Source: Octopus sinensis (Eukaryota). Taken from it: a DNA stretch of 64,000 nucleotides. The translations under genes and the position numbers were made by a program. The notes beneath the pieces were generated by a model that was given only the letters and a program-made list of their open reading frames with translations, ran no database searches and was not told where the DNA came from. Positions 38,347-51,190 of the stretch are shown one piece after another. The first letter of the stretch is position 1, and every line of letters starts with the position of its first letter. The stretch spans positions 22,816,001-22,880,000 of the forward strand of contig NC_043022.1 in NCBI RefSeq assembly GCF_006345805.1, written 5' to 3'.

Positions 38347-40175
38347 ATATGTACATATATATATGTACATATATATATGTGCATATATATATATAAATAT
38401 GCATACGTATATGTATAAAAATATATATAGGGAGAGTTTACGAAAATAAAAAAAGACGAAGACAGGTGGTGTATAAAACAAACAGATGTATTAGTATAAC
38501 GCTCAGAAATAGAAAAAGTCTTTTACGTTTCGAGCCTATGCTCTTCTACAGAAAGGGACACAGAAAAAACAAGAAGAGAAAAAACAAAAAAAAAGTGTGT
38601 AGTGGCTAACGATCTATCATGGTGACTAATGCCAGACAGAAGGGTCAAACACAGGAAGGAAAGTAGGGGAGATAACAAGGTAAAGATGACCCCCAACACA
38701 AAGGTATGTGTGTGTATAAGAGAGTATGTATGTATTTATGTGTGTGTGTGTTTGTGTGTGACAGATTTTGTTTCCAGTTTCCATCTTCTAAATTCCCCAC
38801 AAGGAAGGCCTCGGTTGGCTCTGGACTCACTCAAGATTCCACACAGTGGGACTGAACCCAAAACCATGTGACTGGGAAGTGAACTTCCGAACCACACAGC
38901 CATGCCTGCACCAGTACTCCGTGAAATTTTGTAAAACATTATTCAGTTCAGTGAATTAATTATTCTAAAATTTAACGAGCGATGACATGGTCATTTAATT
39001 CAGTGAAAGACAGCACAGATTTTTGTAAGACAGTCAATCTCTTAATGTTATCTTGATGATTTCTGCAGACAAATTAGACGACAGCAACAGGACCAGCTTA
39101 TCTTATATGCACAACTTGTTTTTACAAATGACAGCAACCTTAGTAATACAGCCAAGAATTAAACATTCAAATTTGGACATAAACATTTTGTGTTTTGTTT
39201 CTTTTTCCTCCCCAAAAAGAAGAGCTCAACTTTGTGATCTGTCCCGTCTGTGTGCAGCCCTGTGTGGCTAATAAAGAAACATATCTATCTAGTATCTATT
39301 TGTCTGCCTATCTGTCTGTTTGTCTAGCCATCCATCTATCTATCTATCTACCTACCTATATCATCATCATCATTTAATGTCCATTTTCCATGCTGGCATG
39401 GGTTGGATGGTGTGACTGAAAACTGGTAAGCTGGGGAGGCTGCACCAGTTTTCAGTCTGATCTGGCATGGTTTCTGCAGCTGGATGCCCTTCTAATGCCA
39501 ACCACTCCAAGAGTGTAATGGGTGCATTTTACATTCCACTGGCACAGGTGCCAGTTATGAAACGCCAGCATCAGCTCTGACTACAATCTCACTTCGCTTG
39601 ACAAGTCTTCTCAAGGACGGTATATTGCCAAACATCTGTCACTCATCACTGCCTCTGTGAGGCCCAACGTTTGAAGGGTGCTTTTTACATCCCACAGTTA
39701 TGTGACACTAGCATTGACCACAACTATGATTTCACTTGGTTTGACAGGTTTTCTCAAGCACAACATATCACCCAATGTTTGAAGAGTGTTTTTTTACATG
39801 CCACCAGCATAAGTGCCAGTTATACAACACTGGCATCGGCCAAGATTGCGATTTCACTTGGCTTGACGGGTCTTCTTAAGCACACATCTGCTGTCCTAGT
39901 ACAATCTTCAAGCACTGCCCACATGACATAACAAACCAAAATCTTTTACTCTGTTATGCTATGTGGACAGTGCCTGAAGATTGAGCTAGGACAACACTCA
40001 TGTTAAAAAACACTATTTGGCATGCTCTCAACACAAGCAACTAATAGTAGCACATAAAAACATAATTGTGTTTACTAAATATTTATCTTTCACCAGATGG
40101 AGTACTATTCTTGTTAATCTTACCATAACAGAACAACATACTATATATATATATATCATCATCATCATCATCAAA

Positions 40176-40212
<37 letters not shown>

Positions 40213-40341
40213 ATATATATATAAATACAAAATGGGACAAGAATGCAAAACATTCAAATAGACGATACAAAAAACATGGATGGGTCATTCAAAACCTCTA
40301 ATCTTCAGTCAAGAACCGGATCATCCTCACAATTTTGGCTG

Positions 40342-40371
<30 letters not shown>

Positions 40372-40372
<1 letters not shown>

Positions 40373-40553
40373 CCACTAAAAGCACAGACTACACTCTCGG
40401 AGTGGTTGGCATTAGGAAGGGCATCCAGCTGTAGAAACTCTGCCAAATCAGACTGGAGCCTGGTGCAGCCATCTGATTCGCCAGTCCTCACTCAAATCAT
40501 CCAACCCATGCCAGCATAGAAAGCAGACGTTAAACGATGATGATGATGATGAT
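40372..40553 (+). mobile_element. RTE 3' end
   Basis: Matches 13070-13250, with a (GAT)n tail. Confidence 0.8.
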
Positions 40554-41019
40554 ACAGACACGTACGCAAATATAATGGGCTTCCACATAGTTTTCATCAA
40601 CAAAAGTTTACTGATTTTTCCTAGAGCTATAATAGAAAACATCTGCCCTAGGTGCTGCACCGTGACATTGAACCGGAAACCACATGGTTGGAAAGCAAGC
40701 TTCTTAACCACACAGCCATGCTTGTGCATATATCTGAGGGTATAGAGTTACACTTCCCATTAATTTCCTCCTGGGTACCCTACATATTATTATTACCTCT
40801 GGCATAGTCATAAATAATGTTGCTGTTATTGTTGTTGCTGCTGTTGGTTTTGTTGTTGATTCAGTTCATATATGTCATGTAAAATAATTTTGGTGGTTTT
40901 ACATGTCTGAGCAGGTATTATAGTTTGATGGTTTCTAATTAAATGGAGAAACATTAAATGAAACTACAGCAACAAAAATTTCAATAATAAAAACCAAAGG
41001 CACAACATAATATGATCTC

Positions 41020-41051
<32 letters not shown>

Positions 41052-41707
41052 GATAATAATAATGAGGATGATGATGATTATAATACTAATGATAACAATA
41101 ACAATGATAGTAGCAATAATAATAATGCTGCTGCTACTACTACTACTACTACTAATGATGATGATGATAATAATAATAATAATAATAATGATAATAACGA
41201 TAATAATAATGAGGATGATGATAATACTAATAATAACAATAACAATAATAGTAGCAATAATAATAATGATGCTGTTGCTACTACTACTACTGATGATGAT
41301 GATGATGATAATAATAATAATAATAATAACAACAATAATAATAACTACAACAACAACAACAATAATAATAATAATAATAATAATAAAATTAATAGCAATA
41401 ATAATAGTAATAATGATACTACTACTACTAATAATTATAATAATTAGGATGATGATGATGATGATTTCTTTTAAAAGAACCTATTCACAGCAACCATCCA
41501 GTTTGTTTATTTTCTTTGTTTTTAGATTTATGGGTTTTTTAAAAAATAAAAAATAACTTGTGTGTTTTTGTATTTCTTTTTTTATTGTATGTTGTTACTT
41601 TTGTTGTTATTTGCAAAAACCAATTTCAACTTATTTTCCCCCACTATTGACAGCTTAATACTCTGTTTTTATTTACTCGTGATGAGGAAAGGGGGTTGGA
41701 GGATGAC

Positions 41708-41761
<54 letters not shown>

Positions 41762-41910
41762 CCTTTGTACTAAAGGCACAAGGCCGGAAATTTGTGGGGA
41801 GAGGAATAGTCGATTATATTGATCCAAGTGATTCACTGGTATTTAACTTATTGACCCCAAAAGGATGAAAGGCAAAGTCGACCTCGGCGGGATTTGAACT
41901 CAGAACTCAG

Positions 41911-42017
41911 AAAGTTCTGACTATTTAAGGAATATTGGATGTTTTATAAGGGGCGAGAAAAAATAGATTTTTCTCGCCCTTATAAAACATCCAATATTCC
42001 TTAAATAGTAGAACTTT
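41911..42017. repeat. Palindrome, ~51-bp arms and 5-nt loop
   Basis: AAAGTTCTGACTATTTAAGG...GGGCGAGAAAAA pairs with TTTTTCTCGCCC...CCTTAAATAGTAGAACTTT. Confidence 0.88.
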
Positions 42018-42200
42018 ATTCTCGGTCACAAAGAATCTATACACACTCACCCACATGATTGACCGATGCCTGACCCGTTGAATTCTTCAGCCACCGTTCT
42101 CAACATACACTGATAACAGTTTCGCCATGGGCTCTTAGGAGCATAGTTCGATTTGTTTTGCTCTGCCTCTGTTCTGTTTTTGTTTCCCAACGGATTTCCT

Positions 42201-42288
42201 TTTTCTTCCTGAGAGAAAGACACAATATGGTCCCATTATTCATCGGATTTTGGTAATTTGTGCCTTTCGAAACACGTGTAGAATGAAA
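42201..42288 (+). ncRNA. Type I hammerhead-like motif with N7 missing
   Basis: UUUUCUUC-CUGAGA-GAAAGACACAA..UUGUGCCUUUC-GAAA-CACGUG-UA^GAAUGAAA. Confidence 0.55.
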
Positions 42289-42344
42289 TAAAACGATTTC
42301 TGTTCAATCTGCGTTCAGCTCCATTTCTTCATTCACCAATAATG

Positions 42345-42386
<42 letters not shown>

Positions 42387-42556
42387 ATATATATATATAT
42401 ATATTATATATATATATATATGTGTGTATATATATATATATAATATATAATATATATATATTATATATATATATTATGTTATATATATTATATATATGTG
42501 TGTATATATATATATATATGTGTGTATATATATATATATGTGTATATATAATGTGT

Positions 42557-42590
<34 letters not shown>

Positions 42591-42906
42591 TATATATATA
42601 TAATATATATGTGTATATGTATATATATATAATATTAATAGTGTATTGTATATATATATATTATATATGTGTGTATGTATATGATATATTATATATATAT
42701 GTATGTATTATATATATATCCTTATATTTTATATATTGTTTATAATATATATATGTGTATTATATATATATATATATATATGTAGTGTATATTATATCTA
42801 TATATATATGTATATTATATAATATTATATTGTAAATATATGTGTATAATGCGTGTGTCTATATATATATATATATCTATATATGTGTATTATATATATA
42901 TATATG

Positions 42907-42940
<34 letters not shown>

Positions 42941-43739
42941 TGATATTATATATATATGGTATATATATATATATATATATATTATGTGTATTATAATATC
43001 TATATATATATGTATATATATTATATATATATAGATATATACATATACATCTATATATATATATATTAATTAAAATTAACCAAATCCCAAAAGGGAAACA
43101 AAAAAAAACACAACAACAGGAAACAATACAGTATTATTATTAATAGGCGCTCAGGAGATGGAAGCAGGGAGGGGTATGACGTTTCGAGCGGAGCTCTTCG
43201 TCGGAAACATAAAGAAGGAAGAGAGAGGAAAGAAAGATCCCAGAGCGGGCAACAGGGAAAGAGAAAAAAAAGACGACTGGTGTACGAGTTGCACATGGTG
43301 AAAGGCGGATGTTGACGATAACAAGAGCAAAGTGGGTTTTTTAAAGGCAAAAGAGTGGAGACAAGGTTGGTAACCCAACAGATTGTGTGTATGTGTGAGT
43401 GTGTGCATGTGCGTGTGTGTATGTGTGTGTGTGAGGCGAGATGAAAAAACAAAAAAATATATGTGTGTGTTAGTGTGTGCGTCTGTGTGTAGGCGTGTGA
43501 GGTAGGGCGAGACTAGTGGTCAGCTAGCAGACGAGGTCAGTACTAAGAAAAAGAAGGAGGAGGAAGGGAGAGGGGTCAGTAGTAAGAAAAGAAGGAAGGA
43601 GGAAGGGAGGGAGGGAGGGAAGGGGGGGGGCGTATATATATATATATATATTGTATATATATATATATATATACACATATATATATATATATATATTATG
43701 TGTATATTATATATATATATATACACATATATATATATA

Positions 43740-43782
<43 letters not shown>

Positions 43783-43851
43783 TATATAATATATATATAT
43801 ATGTGTATATATATAATATATATATATACACATATATTATATATATATGTG

Positions 43852-43882
<31 letters not shown>

Positions 43883-44189
43883 ATGTAAATAGAAAGATGA
43901 ATAATCTTGTAGTAGATTAATCAACAGTTTAACCGATACCTTAGTAGCAAAAATCACAGCAGTAAACTTCCGATGCCATCATTCGGTCATCAGGATAGGG
44001 CCGTATATAATAACATTAACATTTTAAGTAAGGACGGAGCGCGGCGGATGCCGGGGTAGTCGCTCCCGCATTTAATTTAGCGAACAAGGATAATTATCGG
44101 TTGGGAGGTCTTACAATAACCCAAGACCCGTTATTCATCCGAGAATCACCCACCCGAATGTGAGAGCTGGCGTCCCGACCCATCACACT

Positions 44190-44924
44190 GATAGGAATAA
44201 GCATATATGGTTTGTAATCCCCTTTGGTAAGCAGATTAGAACTAACCTCCCCCTCATGTTTAGACAAGCCATCGCCAATAACTTCCCCAGAAATTCCAAA
44301 TATTACTCCACGGTTAAACTCACATAAAGTTAGGATAGCTTTCTCCAACAGAAAAACCTCGCCCAGAGATAATCGCCTCCCATAATAATAGGCTACTTAC
44401 TAAGACCCTATCACCTTTTTCCGGAGGCACAGCCTCTTCCGCCCCCGGTTTAATGCTCAGTAGGAATAATTATAGTAGTAATAATGATATGAGAGCCAGT
44501 ACAGTGACACATAATATCAGCTCCAGCCAGGGTAGTACCACTAGGGGTATAGTTATAAATAGGGGTGTTTGTGGTTGACGGTAACAATGGGAGTAGGGTA
44601 GAGAGCCCCATTAGCATCCCAGCATCATTTTCCGCAATAGCAGTACCACGGGCAGTAGCAATGACAGCACTCTGATAGATAGTGGAGAATCAGGGGTTAT
44701 TCCTATAGTTAATAGTGACGTAGTGGAAAATAGAGTAGTAAGCGGCTGCAGGTCTCGGAACGAATATAGTGTCAGGAACGCAGTTCTAATTTCAGAAACA
44801 ATCCTAGCAGATTAAGATTCACGTCGGCGAACTCCAAGATCAAAAACGCCGTCTACCAATGCAAGGTTTACACGGACTCAGATGCCTTCACTTATGTAGG
44901 GGCATCATCCTCAAGATATCTTTG
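44190..44924 (+). mobile_element. Penelope-like element remnant (RT-to-endonuclease linker and start of GIY-YIG), cut by the gap
   Basis: Frameshifted HIWFVIPFGKQIRTNL...NNFPRNSKYY / NSHKVRIAFSN / IIASHNNRLL resembles the Penelope WFNPP linker; KNAVYQCKVYTDSDAFTYVG resembles the GIY-x-YIG motif. Confidence 0.75.
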
Positions 44925-45024
44925 NNNNNNNNNNNNNNNNNNNNNNNNNNNNNNNNNNNNNNNNNNNNNNNNNNNNNNNNNNNNNNNNNNNNNNNNNNNN
45001 NNNNNNNNNNNNNNNNNNNNNNNN
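44925..45024. other. Assembly gap (100 N)
   Basis: Run of exactly 100 N, typical of a placeholder of unknown size. Confidence 0.98.
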
Positions 45025-45320
45025 CAAAGGAAAAAAGTTACACAAAAAAAAATGCCCATTGAAATAGAAAGATTGAGTAAGAGTGGTAGTGGTGTGTTTG
45101 ATGGAGCTTTCAATTGTTGAGTGGAGGTGTTGAGTGGAGTGTAAACCTCTTATGTTCTATACTCTCTGCTGTTAGTTGTTGAATGGTGCTAAGAGGAGGG
45201 TTAATGTCTATCAACAATTTACAAGGTTGGCTTTTGAATAAACTATAAACATCTACCAATATATATTCTCATTTAAGGTGGCGAGCTGACAGAATCATCA
45301 TCATCATCATCATTGTTTAA

Positions 45321-45540
45321 CCCTTTCGTTACCAACCCGGCTGAAACCGGCTCTGGCTCTGTAGGACAAATGTCTTGTTTTCATAAGTTTTGAATTAAAT
45401 CTTCCACCAAACCTTAGTCACAATTTATGTTCCTAACACCAGCTGAATGATAACTAAGTTATTTTACTAAAGTCTTTGTTATATTTAAAGTAAATGAAAG
45501 AAACACAGAGCATCTCAAAATAAATACGATAACGAAAGGG
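45321..45540. mobile_element. piggyBac-type MITE (220 bp)
   Basis: TTAA|CCCTTTCGTTACC ... GATAACGAAAGGG|TTAA. Confidence 0.85.
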
Positions 45541-46333
45541 TTAATGTCCAGTCTTCCATGAATGCATGGGTAGGACAGTTGTCAGGAGCTGGCCCGGTAG
45601 AAGACTACCCCAAAGCTACTGTGTCTGTTTTGGCAGGGTTTTTAGGGCTGGGTGCCCTTCCTAACACAAACCTTCCTGCAGAGAGGACTGAGTGTTCTTT
45701 TTACGTGACACCAGTACAGGCGAGGTCAGTTTTGGCAAGGTTATTACAGCTGGACGCCCATCACTGCCAAGTAAAATGCTTTGTAGCATTTTTGTCTGTC
45801 TTTACATTCTGAGTTCCAATTCTGCTGGGGTCAACTGTGCTTTCATCCTTTCAGGGTCGATAAAATAAGTACCAGTTGAATACTGGTGTTGATGTAATCA
45901 CCTTCCACCCCCATTTCCCGCTAAATTGATGGGTTTTTTGTCAAAATTTGAAAGCAATGTATGTTCTCATTTGCTGAATGGGGTATAGACTTGGGTGTAG
46001 GGTAAGAAGTTTGTTTGCCAAGCATTTGGTTCTGGGTTCAGTCCCACAGCGTGTCACCTTGGGTATCTTCTACTATAGCCCCAGTAGCCCTAGATCAACC
46101 GCAGTCTTGAAAGTGAATTTCTTGGACAGAAGTCTGTGTATATCTGTCTCTCTATGTATGTATGCATGTATGTATGAGAGTGTGTGTGTAAGTGTGTGTG
46201 TGTGTGTATGTATTATGCTTTTGTGTTTGTATTGGTTCCCCACCACCGTTTGACAACTGGTGTTGGTCTGTTTACATCCCCGTAAGCTAGAAGTTCAGTA
46301 AAAGAGACTGATAAAGTAAATTTCAATATTTAA

Positions 46334-46520
46334 CCCTTTAGCATGTAAGCCAGTCATATCAGGCCCCAATTTTCATCTTGCTTAATGTTCAAACTGGCCG
46401 GATCTGGCCTCTCGTACTGCTCTACAATGCCATTTTTCTAAAAACAAACAATCATGTCATTGAAATCTCAAAACTACAAGATAACGCATGATTAATTCAA
46501 AACAATTTGAATAAATATAC
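46334..46520. mobile_element. Diverged, truncated piggyBac-like MITE
   Basis: TTAA|CCCTTTAGCAT left end; no right TIR seen. Confidence 0.4.
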
Positions 46521-47559
46521 TTTACATGAGGTGGTGTAATCTAAACAGTGCCCCAGCATGGCCACATTTCAATGACCAAAACAAGTAAACAATAAAAGAT
46601 ATATTCTCATTTATTGAGTGGAGTATGCTGAGACCCCCTTCAATTATGACTGACCATGGGATTGCCCCTAGAAAGTTACCCTCCCAGGCACAAGTCTGAG
46701 CAAGGTTGCTTATGGAAAACCAGCAGTCGCCCATGCATACTGCCCCTCCCCTCCATGCCACCAGTGTTATCCAAGGGAAAGGTAAAGGGCTCAATACAGC
46801 TTGGTACTTGTGACGTCACAACTCATTTCTACAGCTGAGTGAACTGGAGCAGCGTGAAATAAAGTGTCTTGCTCAAGAACACAACATTGGTTGTGAAGTG
46901 ATGGTGGGGAGCAAAAATAAACACGAAGACACACACACATAAATATATACATCAATATATGTATATACATACGACAGGTTTCTTTCAGTTTCCGTCTACC
47001 AAATCTGCTCACAGGGTTTTGGCCAGCCTGAGGCTATAGTAGAAGACACATGCCCAAGTTGCCATGCAGTGGGACTGAACCTGAAACCACGTGGTTGGGA
47101 AGCTAGCTTCTTTCCACACAGTCAACATTTTTTACTTACCATACTTTGGTATCAACAATTTTAGTTGCCATGAAGAGTGAAAACAAAATATAATGCCTCG
47201 GTCAAAGGTTTAATATTGTTGTGCTATCCATCAGCCTGCATCCCACCATCCCCGTTGGTTATGATCATAAGTGTTCTAATTGATGCGATCAATGGAACAG
47301 CCTGCTCATGAGATTAACATGCAAGTAGCTGAGCACTCCACAGATATGTGTTCCCTTAATGTAGTCCTCAGGGAGAGTCAGTGTGACACAGAATGACAAA
47401 GCTGACATACAGGTACTACTCATTTCCCCCAGCTAAATGGACTGTAGCAATGAGAAATAAAGTGTCTTGCTCAAAGACACATCATGCCATCCAGCACTGA
47501 ACTCATGACCTTATGATCATGAGCTGAATACCCTAATCACTAAGCCATGTGCCTTCACT

Positions 47560-47762
47560 GTTGTCCATTGACAATGTCGTCCATTGCCGATGTCGTCCAT
47601 TGCTGATGTCGTCCTTTGACAATGTTGTCCATTGACGATGTCGTCCATTGATGATGTCGCCCACAGCCGATGTCATTCATTGCTGATGTCGTCCTTTGAC
47701 AATGTTGTCCATTGATGAAGTTGTCCATTGCCGATGTCGTCCATTGAAGATGTCGTCCATTG
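47560..47762. repeat. 16-bp minisatellite (consensus GTCGTCCATTGNNGAT), about 13 units
   Basis: Read directly from the sequence. Confidence 0.9.
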
Positions 47763-48099
47763 GGAAGTAGAAAATGTGGTATTCTATTTCAGGGGAGGGG
47801 TTGTTGAAAACTTTGTAAGGAGTTTTCTGGTGGGGCAGGAGCTGATAGAATCGGCCTGTACTGAAACTCATCATTGGCCGCCGCAGGTGGTGGCGCTGGT
47901 GATGAAAGAAGATGATTTCCTTTGAATAGCGGAGTGCTATTCGAAGAAAGATTTCAATTATTTTGTTTGGAGACCCGAAGTGCGGCTGCACCGTTACCAG
48001 GAGGCTGCAAGAGAATTGGTGTCTCAGTAAAGTGTAAGAGGTTTATTGCCTCATTTTTGTGTGAAAGACAAAAGAAGATTTGTTGAGGTTTAATACTCT

Positions 48100-48515
48100 T
48101 ACTCTCTTTACTCTTTTACTTGTTTCAGTCACGTGACTGTGGCCATGCTGGGGCACCGCCTTTAGTTGAGCAATTCGACCCCAGGACTTATTCTTTGTAA
48201 GCCTAGTACTTATTCTATCGGTCTCTTTTGCTGAACTGCTAAGTTACGGGGACGTAAACACACCAACATCGGTTGTCAAGCGATGTTGGGGGGACAAACA
48301 CAGACACACAAACATATACACCCACATACATATATATATATACATATATACAACGGGCTTCTATCAGTTTCCATCTACCAAATCCACTCACAAGGCTTTG
48401 GTCAGCCCGAGGCTATAGGAGAAGACACTTGCCCAAGGTTCCACGTAGTGGGACTGAACCCGGAACCATGTGGTTCGGAAGCAAACTACTTACCACACAG
48501 CCACTCTTATGCCTA
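48100..48515 (-). mobile_element. SINE family A, full length
   Basis: Collinear with 62314-62738. Confidence 0.85.
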
Positions 48516-49682
48516 TACCTCATTTTGTGTTTCAAAAAAGAATAATGTATTAGAGAAGCAAAAATCAGTGGGTGTTTTTGTCTTCAACCATCAATATCGT
48601 TTTCATCTTTTTTATCATTCATCTCATTAATGTTCTTGTCCAGCCCGCAAAGCTACTCTGTGTAATGCCTTAATGGCAGAATTTTTGAAAAGTAAGCTTC
48701 TTACCACACAGCTACACCTGTGCGTATTGTGGTTGTGACCCCCTTCGGTCATGAATGACCATGGAATTGTACCTAGAAAGTTAGCCTCCGAGGCACAAGT
48801 CCGGGCAAGGTTGTTTATGGAAGACCAGCAGTTGCCCATGCATACCAGCCTCCCCTCTCCACGCCACCAGTGTTATCCAAGGGAAAGACAAAGGCCGATA
48901 CAGCTTGGCACCAGTGACATTGTAGCTCATTTATTAACATGCAAGTGGCTGAGCACTCCACAGACACATGTACCTTTAACGTAGTTCTCGAGGAGATTCA
49001 GCGTGACACAGAGTGTGACAAGGCTGGCCCTTTGAAATACAGAAACAGGAAGAAAGAGTGAGAGAAAGTTGTGGTGAAAGAGTACAGCAGGGTTCACCAC
49101 CATCCCCTGCCGGAGCCTCGGGAATCAAAATCGCGAGTCCGCTGCCATAACCACTGGGCCATTGCGCCTATATAAGTGTGTTTATGTTTACACCAGTCAC
49201 AAACTGGTCTTCTGCTTTGTAACTTGTTTGTTCAACAAATAGAGTCCAATAAAATAAGCACCAGACAGAAACAAACAATATGGTTAATATGAATAGCCAC
49301 AATACTCTAAGCCATTGCTCTCGTGGAGGCGCATGGCCTTGTAGTTAGAGCAACCGCAGGTTCAAATCTCAGACTGGGCGATGTTTGTGTTTATGAGCGA
49401 AACACCAAAGCTCCACACGGCTCCAGCAGAAGGTAATGGCGAAACTTCTGCGTACTCTTTCACCACAAATTTCTCTCACTCTTTCCTCCTGCATCTTACA
49501 GTTCACCTGCGACGGACTGGCGTCCCGTCTAGGTGGGGAACCTATATGCCAAGGAAACCGGGAAAACCGGTCCTTATGAGCCAGGCATGGCTCGAGAAGG
49601 AACAAGCCATTGCTCTATCATGGCCACAGGAACAGTGAGAGAAACTGGTGAAAGAGTAATAGATAAAAGAATTTAAAAATCT

Positions 49683-50265
49683 CTCAGATGTTGAGTGCAA
49701 TTGTTGAGTAGAGTGTAACAGAGGACAATACACTCCAAGCTATACTCTCAGCTGTTAAGTGCAGGTGTTGAGTGGAGTGTAATGCAGGACTACACATATG
49801 TATGCTTTCAGTTGTTGAGTGCAGGTTAAGTGGAATATAATATAAGGCTACATATATCTATCTGCACTTTCAGTTGTTGAGTGCAGGTGTTGAGTGGAGT
49901 ATAATGCAGGACTAGACTCTCAGATGTTAAGTGCAGGTGATAAGTGGAATGTAATACAAGACCACATATATCTATATGTAAATTCCATTATCGAGTGTAG
50001 GTGTTGAGTGGAGTGTAATACAGGACTAGACACAACCATCTAGACTCTCAGATATTGAGTGCAGGTGATAAGTGGAATGTAATACAAGACCACATATATC
50101 TATATGTAAATTCCATTATCGAGTGTAGATGTTGAGTGGAGTGTAATACAGGACTAGACACAACCATCTAGACTCTCAGATGTTGAGTGCAGGTGATAAG
50201 TGGAATGTAATACAAGACCATATATATCTATCTGTAAATTCAGTTATCGAGTGCCCAAGGTGCCA
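49683..50265. repeat. ~62-bp minisatellite grading into a 128-bp dimer
   Basis: CTCTCAGAT at 49917, 50045 and 50173. Confidence 0.85.
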
Positions 50266-51190
50266 TGCAGTGGGACTGAACTCGGAACCATGTGGTTTGT
50301 AAGCAAGCTACTTACCACACAGCCACTCCTGTGCATATATGTAATAAAAAAATTTAATATTTTGTGTATTATTCTTTTATTTGTTTTAGTCATTTGACTG
50401 TAGCCATGCTGGAGCCCCCAGGACTTACTCTTTTTAAGCCTAGAACATATTCTATTAGTCCCTTTTGCAGAACTGCTAAGTTACAGAGACGTAAACACAC
50501 CGACATTGGATGTCAAGCGATGGTGGTGGCACAAACACAGACGCAAATATATACATACATACATCCATACATACGTATATATGCATATATATATATATAT
50601 ATATGACAAGCTTCTTTTAGTTCCCATCTACCAAATCCACTCACATGGCTTTGGTCAGCCTGAGGCTATAGCAGAAGACACTTGCCTAAGGTGCCACACA
50701 GTGGGACTGAACCTGGAACCATGTGGTTGGGAAGCAAGCTTCTTACCACACAGCCATGCCTGTGCCTATATAGTCTCTTTTTACTCTATTTGTTTCAGTC
50801 ATTTGACTGTGGCCATGCTGGAGCATCGCCTTTAGTCGAGCAAATTGACCCCAGGACTTAATCTTTGCAAGCCTAGTACTTATTCTATCGGTCTCTTTTT
50901 GCCGAACTGCTAAGTTACGGTGATGTAAACACACCAGCATCGGTTGTCAAGCGATGTTGGGGGGGACAAACACAGACACACAAACATATACACACACACA
51001 CACACACATATATATACATATATACGACGGGCTTCTTTCAGTTTCTGTCTACCAAATCCACTCACATAGCTTTGGTCAGCCTGAGGCTATAGCAGAAGAC
51101 ACTTGCCTAAGGTGCCACACAGTGGGACTGAACCTGGAACCATGTGGTTGGGAAGCAAGCTTCTTACCATACAGCCATTCCTGTGCCTAC
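50265..51190 (-). mobile_element. Three adjacent SINE A copies (one head fragment, two near full length)
   Basis: Heads end near 50335, 50770 and 51190. Confidence 0.8.

Larger units (their letters stand above)
36450..40220. repeat. Near-identical direct tandem duplication, unit about 1,869 bp
   Basis: Paired ORFs 36760/38629 and 37185/39053; both junctions lie in (AT)n. Confidence 0.95.
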
